A stretch of DNA of 64,000 bases from Balanoglossus misakiensis (lineage: Eukaryota > Animalia > Hemichordata). Below the pieces are notes generated by a model, which was not told the DNA's origin, ran no database searches, and saw only the letters and a list, made by a program, of their open reading frames with translations. Numbering within the stretch: position 1 is the first letter of the stretch; every line of letters starts with the position of its first letter. This document shows positions 1 to 15,000 of this stretch, piece after piece. Where the stretch lies: positions 1,178,318 to 1,242,317 of the forward strand of contig CM082585.2 in the NCBI GenBank assembly GCA_040954595.2, written 5' to 3'. Position numbers and translations under genes: made by a program.

Positions 1-3000
1 ATGGGTGAAAATCATCAAAAAATGACAATTTTTTGTCTTTGCAAAATCTCAAAATTTGGTCGATTTTTGAAAAACAAAATCATGGGAAAAAATCATCAAA
101 AAATGACAAATTTTCGACTTTGCAAAATCTCAAAATTTCGTCGATTTTGGAAAAAAAAACATGGGTGAAAATCATCAAAAAATGACAAATTTTCGAATTT
201 GCAAAATCTCAAAATTTCGTCGATTTTTGAAAAAAATCATGGGTTCGTTCAATTTTGAAAAAAAACATGGGTGAAAATCATCAAAAAATTACAAATTTTC
301 GACTTTGCAAAATCTCAAAATTTTGTCGATTTTTGAAAAAAAATCATGGGTGAAAATCATTAATAAATGACAAATTTTCGACTTTGCAAAATCTCAAAAT
401 TTCGTCGATTTTTGAAAAAAAATCATGGGTGAAAATCATCAAAAAATTACAAATTTTCGACTTTGCAAAATCTCAAAATTTCGTCGATTTTTGAGAAAAA
501 TCATGGGTGAAAATCATCAAAAAATGACAAATTTTCGACTTTGCAAAATCTCAAAATTTTGTCGATTTTTGAAAAAAAATCATGGGTTCGTTGATTTTTG
601 AAAAAAAACATGGGTGAAAATCATCAAAAAATTACAAATTTTCGAATTTGCAAAATCTCAAAATTTTGTCGATTTTTGAAAAAAATCATGGGTGAAAATC
701 ATCAAAAAATGACACATTTTCGACTTTGCAAAATCTCAAAATTTCGTCGATTTTTGAAAAAAATCATGGGTGAAAATCATCAAAAAATGACAAATTTTCG
801 ACTTTGCAAAATCTCAAAATTTCGTCGATTTTTGAAAAAAATCATGGGTTCGTTCAATTTTGAAAAAAAATATGGGTGAAAATCATCAAAAAATTACAAA
901 TTTTCGTCTTTGCAAAATCTCAAAATTTCGTCGATTTTTGAAAAAAAAAATCATAGGTAAAAATCATCAAAAAATTACAAATTTTCGACTTTGCAAAATC
1001 TCAAAATTTTGTCGATTTTTGAAAAAAATCATGGGTGAAAATCATCAAAAAATGACAAATTTTCGACTTTGCAAAATCTCAAAATTTCGTCGATTTTTGA
1101 AAAAAATCATGGGTTCGTTCAATTTTGAAAAAAAACATGGGTGAAAATCATCAAAAAATTACAAATTTTCGACTTTGCAAAATCTCAAAAATTTGTCGAT
1201 TTTTGAAAAAAAATCATGGGTGAAAATCATTAATAAATGACAAATTTTCGACTTTGCAAAATCTCAAAATTTCGTCGATTTTTGAAAAAAAAAACATGGG
1301 TGAAAATCATCAAAAAATGACAAATTTTCGACTTTGCAAAATCTCAAAATTTCGTCGATTTTTGAAAAAAATCATGGGTTCGTTCAATTTTGAAAAAAAA
1401 CATGGGTGAAAATCATCAAAAAATTACAAATTTTCGACTTTGCAAAATCTCAAAATTTTGTCGATTTTTGAAAAAAAATCATGGGTGAAAATCATTAATA
1501 AATGACAAATTTTCGACTTTGCAAAATCTCAACATTTCGTCGATTTTTGAAAAAAATCATGGGTGAAAATCATCAAAAAATGACAAATTTTCGACTTTGC
1601 AAAATCTCACAATTTCGTCGATTTTTTAAAAAAAATCATGGGTGAAAATCATCAAAAAATTACAAATTTTCGACTTTGCAAAATCTCAAAATTTCGTCGA
1701 TTTTTGAGAAAAATCATGGGTGAAAATCATCAAAAAATGACAAATTTTCGACTTTGCAAAATCTCAAAATTTTGCCGATTTTTGAAAAAAAATCATGGGT
1801 TCGTTGATTTTTGAAAAAAAACATGGGTGAAAATCATCAAAAAATTACAAATTTTCGAATTTGCAAAATCTCAAAATTTTGTCGATTTTTGAAAAAAATC
1901 ATGGGTGAAAATCATCAAAAAATGACACATTTTCGACTTTGCAAAATCTCAAAATTTCGTCGATTTTTGAAAAAAATCATGGGTGAAAATCATCAAAAAA
2001 TGACAAATTTTCGACTTTGCAAAATCTCAAAATTTCGTCGATTTTTGAAAAAAATCATGGGTTCGTTCAATTTTGAAAAAAAACATGGGTGAAAATCATC
2101 AAAAAATTACAAATTTTCGACTTTGCAAAATCTCAAAAATTTGTCGATTTTTGAAAAAAAATCATGGGTGAAAATCATTAATAAATGACAAATTTTCGAC
2201 ATTGCAAAATCTCAAAATTTCGTCGATTTTTGAAAAAAAAATCATGGGTGAAAATCATCAGAAAATTACAAATTTTCGACTTTGCAAAATCTCAAAATTT
2301 CGTCGATTTTTGAGAAAAATCATGGGTGAAAATCATCAAAAAATGACAAATTTTCGACTTTGCAAAATCTCAAAATTTTGTCGATTTTTGAAAAAAAATC
2401 ATGGGTTCGTTGATTTTTGAAAAAAAATCATGGGTGAAAATCATCAAAAAATTACAAATTTTCGACTTTGCAAAATCTCAAAATTTCGTCGATTTTTGAG
2501 AAAAATCATGGGTGAAAATCATCAAAAAATGACAAATTTTCGACTTTGCAAAATCTCAAAATTTCGTAAATTTTTCGAAAAAAAGTCATGGGTGAAAATC
2601 ATCAAAAAATTACAAATTTTCGTCTTTGCAAAATCTCAAAATTTCGTCGATTTTTGAAAAAAAAAAATCATGGGTAAAAATCATCAAAAAATGACAAATT
2701 TTCGACTTTGCAAAATCTCAAAATTTTGTCGATTTTTGAAAAAAAATCATGGGTTCGTTGATTTTTGAAAAAAAATCATGGGTGAAAATCATCAAAAAAT
2801 GACAAATTTTCGACTTTGCAAAATCTCAAAATTTCGTCGATTTTTGAGAAAAATCATGGGTGAAAATCATCAAAAAATGACAAATTTTCGACTTTGCAAA
2901 ATCTCAAAATTTCGTAAATTTTTGAAAAAAAGTCATGGGTGAAAATCATCAAAAAATTACAAATTTTCGTCTTTGCAAAATCTCAAAATTTCGTCGATTT

Positions 3001-6000
3001 TTGAAAAAAAAAAATCATGGGTAAAAATCATCAAAAAATTACAAATTTTCGACTTTGCAAAATCTAAAAATTTTGTCGATTTTTGAAAAAAATCATGGGT
3101 GAAAATCATCAAAAAATGACAAATTTTCGACTTTGCAAAATCTCAAAATTTCGTAGATTTTTGAAAAAAAACATGGGTGAAAATCATCAAAAAATGACAA
3201 ATTTTCGACTTTGCAAAATCTCAAATTTCGTCGATTTTTGAAAAAAATCATGGGTGAAAATCATCAAAAAATGACAAATTTTCGTCTTTGCAAAATCCCA
3301 AAATTTCGTAAATTTTTGAAAAAAAGTCATGGGTGAAAATCATCAAAAAATTACAAATTTTCGTCTTTGCAAAATCTCAAAATTTCGTCGATTTTTGAAA
3401 AAAAAAATCATGGGTAAAAATCATCAAAAAATTACAAATTTTCGACTTTGCAAAATCTAAAAATTTTGTCGATTTTTGAAAAAAACAATCATGGTGAAAA
3501 TCATCAAAAAATGACAAATTTTCGACTTTGCAAAATCTCAAAATGTTGTCAATTTTTTAAAAAATTCATGAGTTCGTTGATTTTTTAAAAAAAACATTGG
3601 TGTCAATTTTTGAAAAAAATCATGGGTTCGTTGATTTTTAAAAAAAAACATTGGTGAAAATCATCAAAAAATTACAAATTTTCGACTTTGCAAAATCTCA
3701 AAATTTCGTACATTTTTGAAAAAAAATCATGGGTGAAAATCATCAAAAAATGACAAATTTTCGACTTTGCAAAATCTCAAAATTTCGTCGATTTTTGAAA
3801 AAAATCACGGGTGAAAATCATCAAAAAATGACAAATTTTCGTCTTTGCTAAATCTCAAAATTTCGTCGATTTTTGAAAAAAATCATGGGTGAAAATCATC
3901 AAAAAATGACAAATTTTCGACTTTGCAAAATCTCAAAATTTCGTACATTTTTAAAAAAAAATCATGGGTGAAATTCATCAAAAAATGACAAATTTTCGTC
4001 TTTGCAAAATCTCAAAATTTCGCCGATTTTTGAAAAAAACAATCATGGTGAAAATCATCAAAAAATGACAAATTTTCGACTTTGCAAAATCTCAAAATTT
4101 CGTCATTTTTAAAAAAAAAATCATGGTGAAAATCATCAAAAAATGACAAATTGTCTACTTTGCAAAATCTAAAAATTTTGTCGATTTTTGAAAAAAATCA
4201 TGGGTGAAAATAATCAAAAAATGACAAATTTTCGACTTTGCAAAATCTCAAAATTTCGTCGATTTTTGAAAAAAATCATGGGTGAAAATCATCAAAAAAT
4301 GACAAATTTTCGACTTTGCAAAATCTCAAAATTTTGTCGATTTTTGAAAAAAAATCATGGGTTCGTTGATTTTTGAAAAAAAACATGGGTGAAAATCATC
4401 AAAAAATTACAAATTTTCGAATTTGCAAAATCTCAAAATTCGTCGATTTTTGAAAAAAAAAACATGGGTGAAAATCATCAAAAAATGACAAATTTTCGAC
4501 TTTGCAAAATCTCAAAATTTCGTAAATTTTTGAAAAAAAGTCATGGGTGAAAATCATCAAAAAATTAAAAAGTTTCGTCTTTGCAAAATCTCAAAAAATC
4601 GTCGATTTTTGAAAAAAAAAATCATGGGTAAAAATCATCAAAAAATTACAAATTTTCGACTTTGCAAAATCTAAAAATTTTGTCGATTTTTGAAAAAAAT
4701 CATGGGTGAAAATCATCAAAAAATGACAAATTTTCGACTTTGCAAAATCTCAAAATTTCGTCGATTTTTGAAAAAAATCATGGGTGAAAATCATCAAAAA
4801 ATGACAAATTTTCGACTTTGCAAAATCTCAAAATTTCGTCGATTTTTGAAAAAAAAATCATGGGTAAAAATCATCAAAAAATTACAAATTTTCGACTTTG
4901 CAAAATCTAAAAATTTTGTCGATTTTTGAAAAAAATCATGGGTGAAAATCATCAAAAAATGACAAATTTTCGACTTTGCAAAATCTTAAATTTCGTCGAT
5001 TTTTGAAAAAAATCATGGGTGAAAATCATCAAAAAATGACAAATTTTTGACTTTGCAAAATCTCAAAATTTCGTCGATTTTTGAGAAAAATCATAGGAAA
5101 AAATTATCAAAAAATGACAAATTTTCGACTTTGCAAAATCTCAAAATTTCGTCGATTTTTGAAAAAAATCATGGGTGAAAATCATCAAAAAATGACAAAT
5201 TTTCGACTTTGCAAAATCTTAAATTTCGTCGATTTTTGAAAAAAATCATGGGTGAAAATCATCAAAAAATGACAAATTTTTGACTTTGCAAAATCTCAAA
5301 ATTTCGTCGATTTTTGAGAAAAATCATGGGTGAAAATCATCAAAAAATGACAAATTTTCGTCTTTGCAAAATCTCAAAATTTGGTCGATTTTTGAAAAAA
5401 AAAATCATGGGTAAAAATCATCAAAAAATGACAAATTTTCGACTTTGCAAAATCTCAAATTTCGTCGATTTTTGAAAAGAATCATGGGTGAAAATCATCA
5501 AAAAATGACAAATTTTCGACTTTGCAAAATCTCAAAATTTCGTCGATTTTTGAGAAAAATCATGGGTGAAAATCATCAAAAAACGACAAATTTTCGTCTT
5601 TGCAAAATCTCAAAATTTCGTCGATTTTTGAAAAAAATCATGGGTGAAAATCATCAAAAAATGACAATTTTTTGTCTTTGCAAAATCTCAAAATTTGGTC
5701 GATTTTTGAAAAACAAAATCATGGGAAAAAATCATCAAAAAATGACAAATTTTCGACTTTGCAAAATCTCAAAATTTCGTCGATTTTGGAAAAAAAAACA
5801 TGGGTGAAAATCATCAAAAAATGACAAATTTTCGAATTTGCAAAATCTCAAAATTTCGTCGATTTTTGAAAAAAATCATGGGTTCGTTCAATTTTGAAAA
5901 AAAACATGGGTGAAAATCATCAAAAAATTACAAATTTTCGACTTTGCAAAATCTCAAAATTTTGTCGATTTTTGAAAAAAAATCATGGGTGAAAATCATT

Positions 6001-9000
6001 AATAAATGACAAATTTTCGACTTTGCAAAATCTCAAAATTTCGTCGATTTTTGAAAAAAAATCATGGGTGAAAATCATCAAAAAATTACAAATTTTCGAC
6101 TTTGCAAAATCTCAAAATTTCGTCGATTTTTGAGAAAAATCATGGGTGAAAATCATCAAAAAATGACAAATTTTCGACTTTGCAAAATCTCAAAATTTTG
6201 TCGATTTTTGAAAAAAAATCATGGGTTCGTTGATTTTTGAAAAAAAACATGGGTGAAAATCATCAAAAAATTAAAAATTTTCGAATTTGCAAAATCTCAA
6301 AATTTTGTCGATTTTTGAAAAAAATCATGGGTGAAAATCATCAAAAAATGACACATTTTCGACTTTGCAAAATCTCAAAATTTCGTCGATTTTTGAAAAA
6401 AATCATGGGTGAAAATCATCAAAAAATGACAAATTTTCGACTTTGCAAAATCTCAAAATTTCGTCGATTTTTGAAAAAAATCATGGGTTCGTTCAATTTT
6501 GAAAAAAAATATGGGTGAAAATCATCAAAAAATTACAAATTTTCGTCTTTGCAAAATCTCAAAATTTCGTCGATTTTTGAAAAAAAAAATCATAGGTAAA
6601 AATCATCAAAAAATTACAAATTTTCGACTTTGCAAAATCTCAAAATTTTGTCGATTTTTGAAAAAAATCATGGGTGAAAATCATCAAAAAATGACAAATT
6701 TTCGACTTTGCAAAATCTCAAAATTTCGTCGATTTTTGAAAAAAATCATGGGTTCGTTCAATTTTGAAAAAAAACATGGGTGAAAATCATCAAAAAATTA
6801 CAAATTTTCGACTTTGCAAAATCTCAAAAATTTGTCGATTTTTGAAAAAAAATCATGGGTGAAAATCATTAATAAATGACAAATTTTCGACTTTGCAAAA
6901 TCTCAAAATTTCGTCGATTTTTGAAAAAAAAAACATGGGTGAAAATCATCAAAAAATGACAAATTTTCGACTTTGCAAAATCTCAAAATTTCGTCGATTT
7001 TTGAAAAAAATCATGGGTTCGTTCAATTTTGAAAAAAAACATGGGTGAAAATCATCAAAAAATTACAAATTTTCGACTTTGCAAAATCTCAAAATTTTGT
7101 CGATTTTTGAAAAAAAATCATGGGTGAAAATCATTAATAAATGACAAATTTTCGACTTTGCAAAATCTCAACATTTCGTCGATTTTTGAAAAAAATCATG
7201 GGTGAAAATCATCAAAAAATGACAAATTTTCGACTTTGCAAAATCTCACAATTTCGTCGATTTTTTAAAAAAAATCATGGGTGAAAATCATCAAAAAATT
7301 ACAAATTTTCGACTTTGCAAAATCTCAAAATTTCGTCGATTTTTGAGAAAAATCATGGGTGAAAATCATCAAAAAATGACAAATTTTCGACTTTGCAAAA
7401 TCTCAAAATTTTGCCGATTTTTGAAAAAAAATCATGGGTTCGTTGATTTTTGAAAAAAAACATGGGTGAAAATCATCAAAAAATTACAAATTTTCGAATT
7501 TGCAAAATCTCAAAATTTTGTCGATTTTTGAAAAAAATCATGGGTGAAAATCATCAAAAAATGACACATTTTCGACTTTGCAAAATCTCAAAATTTCGTC
7601 GATTTTTGAAAAAAATCATGGGTGAAAATCATCAAAAAATGACAAATTTTCGACTTTGCAAAATCTCAAAATTTCGTCGATTTTTGAAAAAAATCATGGG
7701 TTCGTTCAATTTTGAAAAAAAACATGGGTGAAAATCATCAAAAAATTACAAATTTTCGACTTTGCAAAATCTCAAAAATTTGTCGATTTTTGAAAAAAAA
7801 TCATGGGTGAAAATCATTAATAAATGACAAATTTTCGACATTGCAAAATCTCAAAATTTCGTCGATTTTTGAAAAAAAAATCATGGGTGAAAATCATCAA
7901 AAAATTACAAATTTTCGACTTTGCAAAATCTCAAAATTTCGTCGATTTTTGAGAAAAATCATGGGTGAAAATCATCAAAAAATGACAAATTTTCGACTTT
8001 GCAAAATCTCAAAATTTTGTCGATTTTTGAAAAAAAATCATGGGTTCGTTGATTTTTGAAAAAAAATCATGGGTGAAAATCATTAATAAATGACAAATTT
8101 TCGACTTTGCAAAATCTCAACATTTCGTCGATTTTTGAAAAAAATCATGGGTGAAAATCATCAAAAAATGACAAATTTTCGACTTTGCAAAATCTCACAA
8201 TTTCGTCGATTTTTTAAAAAAAATCATGGGTGAAAATCATCAAAAAATTACAAATTTTCGACTTTGCAAAATCTCAAAATTTCGTCGATTTTTGTGAAAA
8301 ATCATGGGTGAAAATCATCAAAAAATGACAAATTTTCGACTTTGCAAAATCTCAAAATTTTGCCGATTTTTGAAAAAAAATCATGGGTTCGTTGATTTTT
8401 GAAAAAAAACATGGGTGAAAATCATCAAAAAATTACAAATTTTCGAATTTGCAAAATCTCAAAATTTTGTCGATTTTTGAAAAAAAATCATGGGTGAAAA
8501 TCATCAAAAAATGACACATTTTCGACTTTGCAAAATCTCAAAATTTCGTCGATTTTTGAAAAAAATCATGGGTGAAAATCATCAAAAAATGACAAATTTT
8601 CGACTTTGCAAAATCTCAAAATTTCGTCGATTTTTGAAAAAAATCATGGGTTCGTTCAATTTTGAAAAAAAACATGGGTGAAAATCATCAAAAAATTACA
8701 AATTTTCGACTTTGCAAAATCTCAAAAATTTGTCGATTTTTGAAAAAAAATCATGGGTGAAAATCATTAATAAATGACAAATTTTCGACATTGCAAAATC
8801 TCAAAATTTCGTCGATTTTTGAAAAAAAAATCATGGGTGAAAATCATCAAAAAATTACAAATTTTCGACTTTGCAAAATCTCAAAATTTTGTCGATTTTT
8901 GAAAAAAAATCATGGGTTCGTTGATTTTTGAAAAAAAATCATGGGTGAAAATCATCAAAAAATTACAAATTTTCGACTTTGCAAAATCTCAAAATTTCGT

Positions 9001-12000
9001 CGATTTTTGAGAAAAATCATGGGTGAAAATCATCAAAAAATGACAAATTTTCGACTTTGCAAAATCTCAAAATTTCGTAAATTTTTGAAAAAAAGTCATG
9101 GGTGAAAATCATCAAAAAATTACAAATTTTCGTCTTTGCAAAATCTCAAAATTTCGTCGATTTTTGAAAAAAAAAAATCATGGGTAAAAATCATCAAAAA
9201 ATGACAAATTTTCGACTTTGCAAAATCTCAAAATTTCGTAAATTTTTGAAAAAAAGTCATGGGTGAAAATCATCAAAAAATTACAAATTTTCGTCTTTGC
9301 AAAATCTCAAAATTTCGTCGATTTTTGAAAAAAAAAAATCATGGGTAAAAATCATCAAAAAATTACAAATTTTCGACTTTGCAAAATCTAAAAATTTTGT
9401 CGATTTTTGAAAAAAATCATGGGTAAAAATCATCAAAAAATTACAAATTTTCGACTTTGCAAAATCTCAAAATTTTGTCGATTTTTGAAAAAAAATCATG
9501 GGTGAAAATCATTAATAAATGACAAATTTTCGACTTTGCAAAATCTCAAAATTTCGTCGATTTTTGAAAAAAAATCATGGGTGAAAATCATCAAAAAATT
9601 ACAAATTTTCGACTTTGCAAAATCTCAAAATTTCGTCGATTTTTGAGAAAAATCATGGGTGAAAATCATCAAAAAATGACAAATTTTCGACTTTGCAAAA
9701 TCTCAAAATTTTGTCGATTTTTGAAAAAAAATCATGGGTTCGTTGATTTTTGAAAAAAAACATGGGTGAAAATCATCAAAAAATTACAAATTTTCGAATT
9801 TGCAAAATCTCAAAATTTTGTCGATTTTTGAAAAAAATCATGGGTGAAAATCATCAAAAAATGACACATTTTCGACTTTGCAAAATCTCAAAATTTCGTC
9901 GATTTTTGAAAAAAATCATGGGTGAAAATCATCAAAAAATGACAAATTTTCGACTTTGCAAAATCTCAAAATTTCGTCGATTTTTGAAAAAAATCATGGG
10001 TTCGTTCAATTTTGAAAAAAAACATGGGTGAAAATCATCAAAAAATTACAAATTTTCGACTTTGCAAAATCTCAAAAATTTGTCGATTTTTGAAAAAAAA
10101 TCATGGGTGAAAATCATTAATAAATGACAAATTTTCGACATTGCAAAATCTCAAAATTTCGTCGATTTTTGAAAAAAAAATCATGGGTGAAAATCATCAA
10201 AAAATTACAAATTTTCGACTTTGCAAAATCTCAAAATTTCGTCGATTTTTGAGAAAAATCATGGGTGAAAATCATCAAAAAATGACAAATTTTCGACTTT
10301 GCAAAATCTCAAAATTTTGTCGATTTTTGAAAAAAAATCATGGGTTCGTTGATTTTTGAAAAAAAATCATGGGTGAAAATCATCAAAAAATGACAAATTT
10401 TCGACTTTGCAAAATCTCAAAATTTCGTCGATTTTTGAGAAAAATCATGGGTGAAAATCATCAAAAAATGACAAATTTTCGACTTTGCAAAATCTCAAAA
10501 TTTCGTAAATTTTTGAAAAAAAGTCATGGGTGAAAATCATCAAAAAATTACAAATTTTCGTCTTTGCAAAATCTCAAAATTTCGTCGATTTTTGAAAAAA
10601 AAAAATCATGGGTAAAAATCATCAAAAAATTACAAATTTTCGACTTTGCAAAATCTAAAAATTTTGTCGATTTTTGAAAAAAATCATGGGTGAAAATCAT
10701 CAAAAAATGACAAATTTTCGACTTTGCAAAATCTCAAAATTTCGTAGATTTTTGAAAAAAAACATGGGTGAAAATCATCAAAAAATGACAAATTTTCGAC
10801 TTTGCAAAATCTCAAATTTCGTCGATTTTTGAAAAAAATCATGGGTGAAAATCATCAAAAAATGACAAATTTTCGTCTTTGCAAAATCCCAAAATTTCGT
10901 AAATTTTTGAAAAAAAGTCATGGGTGAAAATCATCAAAAAATTACAAATTTTCGTCTTTGCAAAATCTCAAAATTTCGTCGATTTTTGAAAAAAAAAATC
11001 ATGGGTAAAAATCATCAAAAAATTACAAATTTTCGACTTTGCAAAATCTAAAAATTTTGTCGATTTTTGAAAAAAACAATCATGGTGAAAATCATCAAAA
11101 AATGACAAATTTTCGACTTTGCAAAATCTCAAAATGTTGTCAATTTTTTAAAAAATTCATGAGTTCGTTGATTTTTTAAAAAAAACATTGGTGTCAATTT
11201 TTGAAAAAAATCATGGGTTCGTTGATTTTTAAAAAAAAACATTGGTGAAAATCATCAAAAAATTACAAATTTTCGACTTTGCAAAATCTCAAAATTTCGT
11301 ACATTTTTGAAAAAAAATCATGGGTGAAAATCATCAAAAAATGACAAATTTTCGACTTTGCAAAATCTCAAAATTTCGTCGATTTTTGAAAAAAATCACG
11401 GGTGAAAATCATCAAAAAATGACAAATTTTCGTCTTTGCTAAATCTCAAAATTTCGTCGATTTTTGAAAAAAATCATGGGTGAAAATCATCAAAAAATGA
11501 CAAATTTTCGACTTTGCAAAATCTCAAAATTTCGTACATTTTTAAAAAAAAATCATGGGTGAAATTCATCAAAAAATGACAAATTTTCGTCTTTGCAAAA
11601 TCTCAAAATTTCGCCGATTTTTGAAAAAAACAATCATGGTGAAAATCATCAAAAAATGACAAATTTTCGACTTTGCAAAATCTCAAAATGTTGTCAATTT
11701 TTAAAAAAAATCATGAGTTCGTTGATTTTTAAAAAAAAACATTGGTGTCAATTTTTGAAAAAAATCATGGGTTCGTTGATTTTTAAAAAAAAACATTGGT
11801 GAAAATCATCAAAAAATTACAAATTTTCGACTTTGCAAAATCTAAAAATTTCGTACATTTTTGAAAAAAAATCATGGGTGAAAATCATCAAAAAATGACA
11901 AATTTTCGTCTTTGCAAAATCTCAAAATTTCGTCGTTTTTTAAAAAAAAATCATGGTGAAAATCATCAAAAAATGACAAATTGTCGACTTTGCAAAATCT

Positions 12001-15000
12001 AAAAATTTTGTCGATTTTTGAAAAAAATCATGGGTGAAAATAATCAAAAAATGACAAATTTTCGACTTTGCAAAATCTCAAAATTTCGTCGATTTTTGAG
12101 AAAAATCATGGGTGAAAATCATCAAAAAATGACAAATTTTCGACTTTGCAAAATCTCAAAATTTTGTCGATTTTTGAAAAAAAATCATGGGTTCGTTGAT
12201 TTTTGAAAAAAAACATGGGTGAAAATCATCAAAAAAGTACAAATTTTCGAATTTGCAAAATCTCAAAATTTCGTCGATTTTTGAAAAAAAAACATGGGTG
12301 AAAATCATCAAAAAATGACAAATTTTCGACTTTGCAAAATCTCAAAATTTCGTAAATTTTTGAAAAAAATCATGGGTGAAAATCATCAAAAAATGACAAA
12401 TTTTCGACTTTGCAAAATCTCAAAATTTTGTCGATTTTTGAAAAAAAATCATGGGTTCGTTGATTTTTGAAAAAAAACATGGGTGAAAATCATCAAAAAA
12501 TTACAAATTTTCGAATTTGCAAAATCTCAAAATTTCGTCGATTTTTGAAAAAAAACATGGGTGAAAATCATCAAAAAATGACAAATTTTCGACTTTGCAA
12601 AATCTCAAAATTTCGTAAATTTTTGAAAAAAAGTCATGGGTGAAAATCATCAAAAAATTACAAATTTTCGTCTTTGCAAAATCTCAAAATTTCGTCGATT
12701 TTTGAAAAAAAAAATCATGGGTAAAAATCATCAAAAAATAACAAATTTTCGACTTTGCAAAATCTAAAAATTTTGTCGATTTTTGAAAAAAATCATGGGT
12801 GAAAATCATCAAAAAATGACAAATTTTCGACTTTGCAAAATCTCAAAATTTCGTCGATTTTTGAAAAAAATCATGGGTTCGTTCAATTTTGAAAAAAATC
12901 ATGGGTGAAAATAATCAAAAAATTACAAATTTTCGACTTTGCAAAATCTAAAAATTTTGTCGATTTTTGAAAAAAATCATGGGTGAAAATCATCAAAAAA
13001 TGACAAATTTTCGACTTTGCAAAATCTCAAAATTTTGTCGATTTTTGAAAAAAAATCATGGGTTCGTTGATTTTTGAAAAAAAACATGGGTGAAAATCAT
13101 CAAAAAATTACAAATTTTCGAATTTGCAAAATCTCAAAATTTTGTCGATTTTTGAAAAAAATCATGGGTGAAAATAATCAAAAAATTACAAATTTTCGAC
13201 TTTGCAAAATCTAAAAATTTTGTCGATTTTTGAAAAAAATCATGGGTGAAAATCATCAAAAAATGACAAATTTTCGACTATGCAAAATCTCAAAATTTAG
13301 TCGATTTTTGAAAAAAATCATGGGTTCGTTCAATTTTGAAAAAAAACATGGGTGAAAATCATCAAAAAATTACAAATTTTCGACTTTGCAAAATCTCAAA
13401 ATTTTGTCGATTTTTGAAAAAAAATCATGGGTGAAAATCATTAATAAATGACAAATTTTCGACTTTGCAAAATCTCAAAATTTCGTCGATTTTTGAAAAA
13501 AAATCATGGGTGAAAATCATCAAAAAATTACAAATTTTCGACTTTGCAAAATCTCAAAATTTCGTCGATTTTTGAGAAAAATCATGGGTGAAAATCATCA
13601 AAAAATGACAAATTTTCGACTTTGCAAAATCTCAAAATTTTGTCGATTTTTGAAAAAAAATCATGGGTTCGTTGATTTTTGAAAAAAAACATGGGTGAAA
13701 ATCATCAAAAAATTACAAATTTTCGAATTTGCAAAATCTCGAAATTTCTTAAATTTTTGAAAAAAAGTCATGGGTGAAAATCATCAAAAAATTACAAATT
13801 TTCGTCTTTGCAAAATCTCAAAATTTCGTCGATTTTTGAAAAAAAAAATCATGGGTAAAAATCATCAAAAAATTACAAATTTTCGACTTTGCAAAATCTA
13901 AAAATTTTGTCGATTTTTGAAAAAAATCATGGGTGAAAATCATCAAAAAATGACAAATTTTCGACTTTGCAAAATCTCAAAATTTCGTAGATTTTTGAAA
14001 AAAAAAAATCATGGGTAAAAATCATCAAAAAATTACAAATTTTCGACTTTGCAAAATCTAAAAATTTTGTCGATTTTTGAAAACAATCATGGGTGAAAAT
14101 CATCAAAAAATGACAAATTTTCGACTTTGCAAAATCTCAAAATTTTGTCGATTTTTGAAAAAAAATCATGGGTGAAAATCATTAATAAATGACAAATTTT
14201 CGACTTTGCAAAATCTCAAAATTTCGTCGATTTTTGAAAAAAAATCATGGGTGAAAATCATCAAAAAATTACAAATTTTCGACTTTGCAAAATCTCAAAA
14301 TTTCGTCGATTTTTGAGAAAAATCATGGGTGAAAATCATCAAAAAATGACAAATTTTCGACTTTGCAAAATCTCAAAATTTTGTCGATTTTTGAAAAAAA
14401 TCATGGGTTCGTTCAATTTTGAAAAAAAACATGGGTGAAAATCATCAAAAAATTACAAATTTTCGACTTTGCAAAATCTCAAAATTTCGTCGATTTTTGA
14501 AAAAAAATCATGGGTGAAAATCATCAAAAAATTACAAATTTTCGACTTTGCAAAATCTCAAAATTTTGTCGATTTTTGAAAAAAAATCATGGGTTCGTTG
14601 ATTTTTGAAAAAAAACATGGGTGAAAATCATCAAAAAATTACAAATTTTCGAATTTGCAAAATCACAAAATTTCGTCGATTTTTGAAAAAAAAACATGAG
14701 TGAAAATCATCAAAAAATTACAAATTTTCGACTTTGCAAAATCTCAAAATTTCGTAAATTTTTGAAAAAAAGTCATGGGTGAAAATCATCAAAAAATTAC
14801 AAATTTTCGTCTTTGCAAAATCACAAAATTTCGTCGATTTTTGAAAAAAAAAATCATGGGTAAAAATCATCAAAAAATTACAAATTTTCGACTTTGCAAA
14901 ATCTAAAAATTTTGTCGATTTTTGAAAAAAATCATGGGTGAAAATCATCAAAAAATGACAAATTTTCGTCTTTGCAAAATCTCAAAATTTCGTCCATTTT

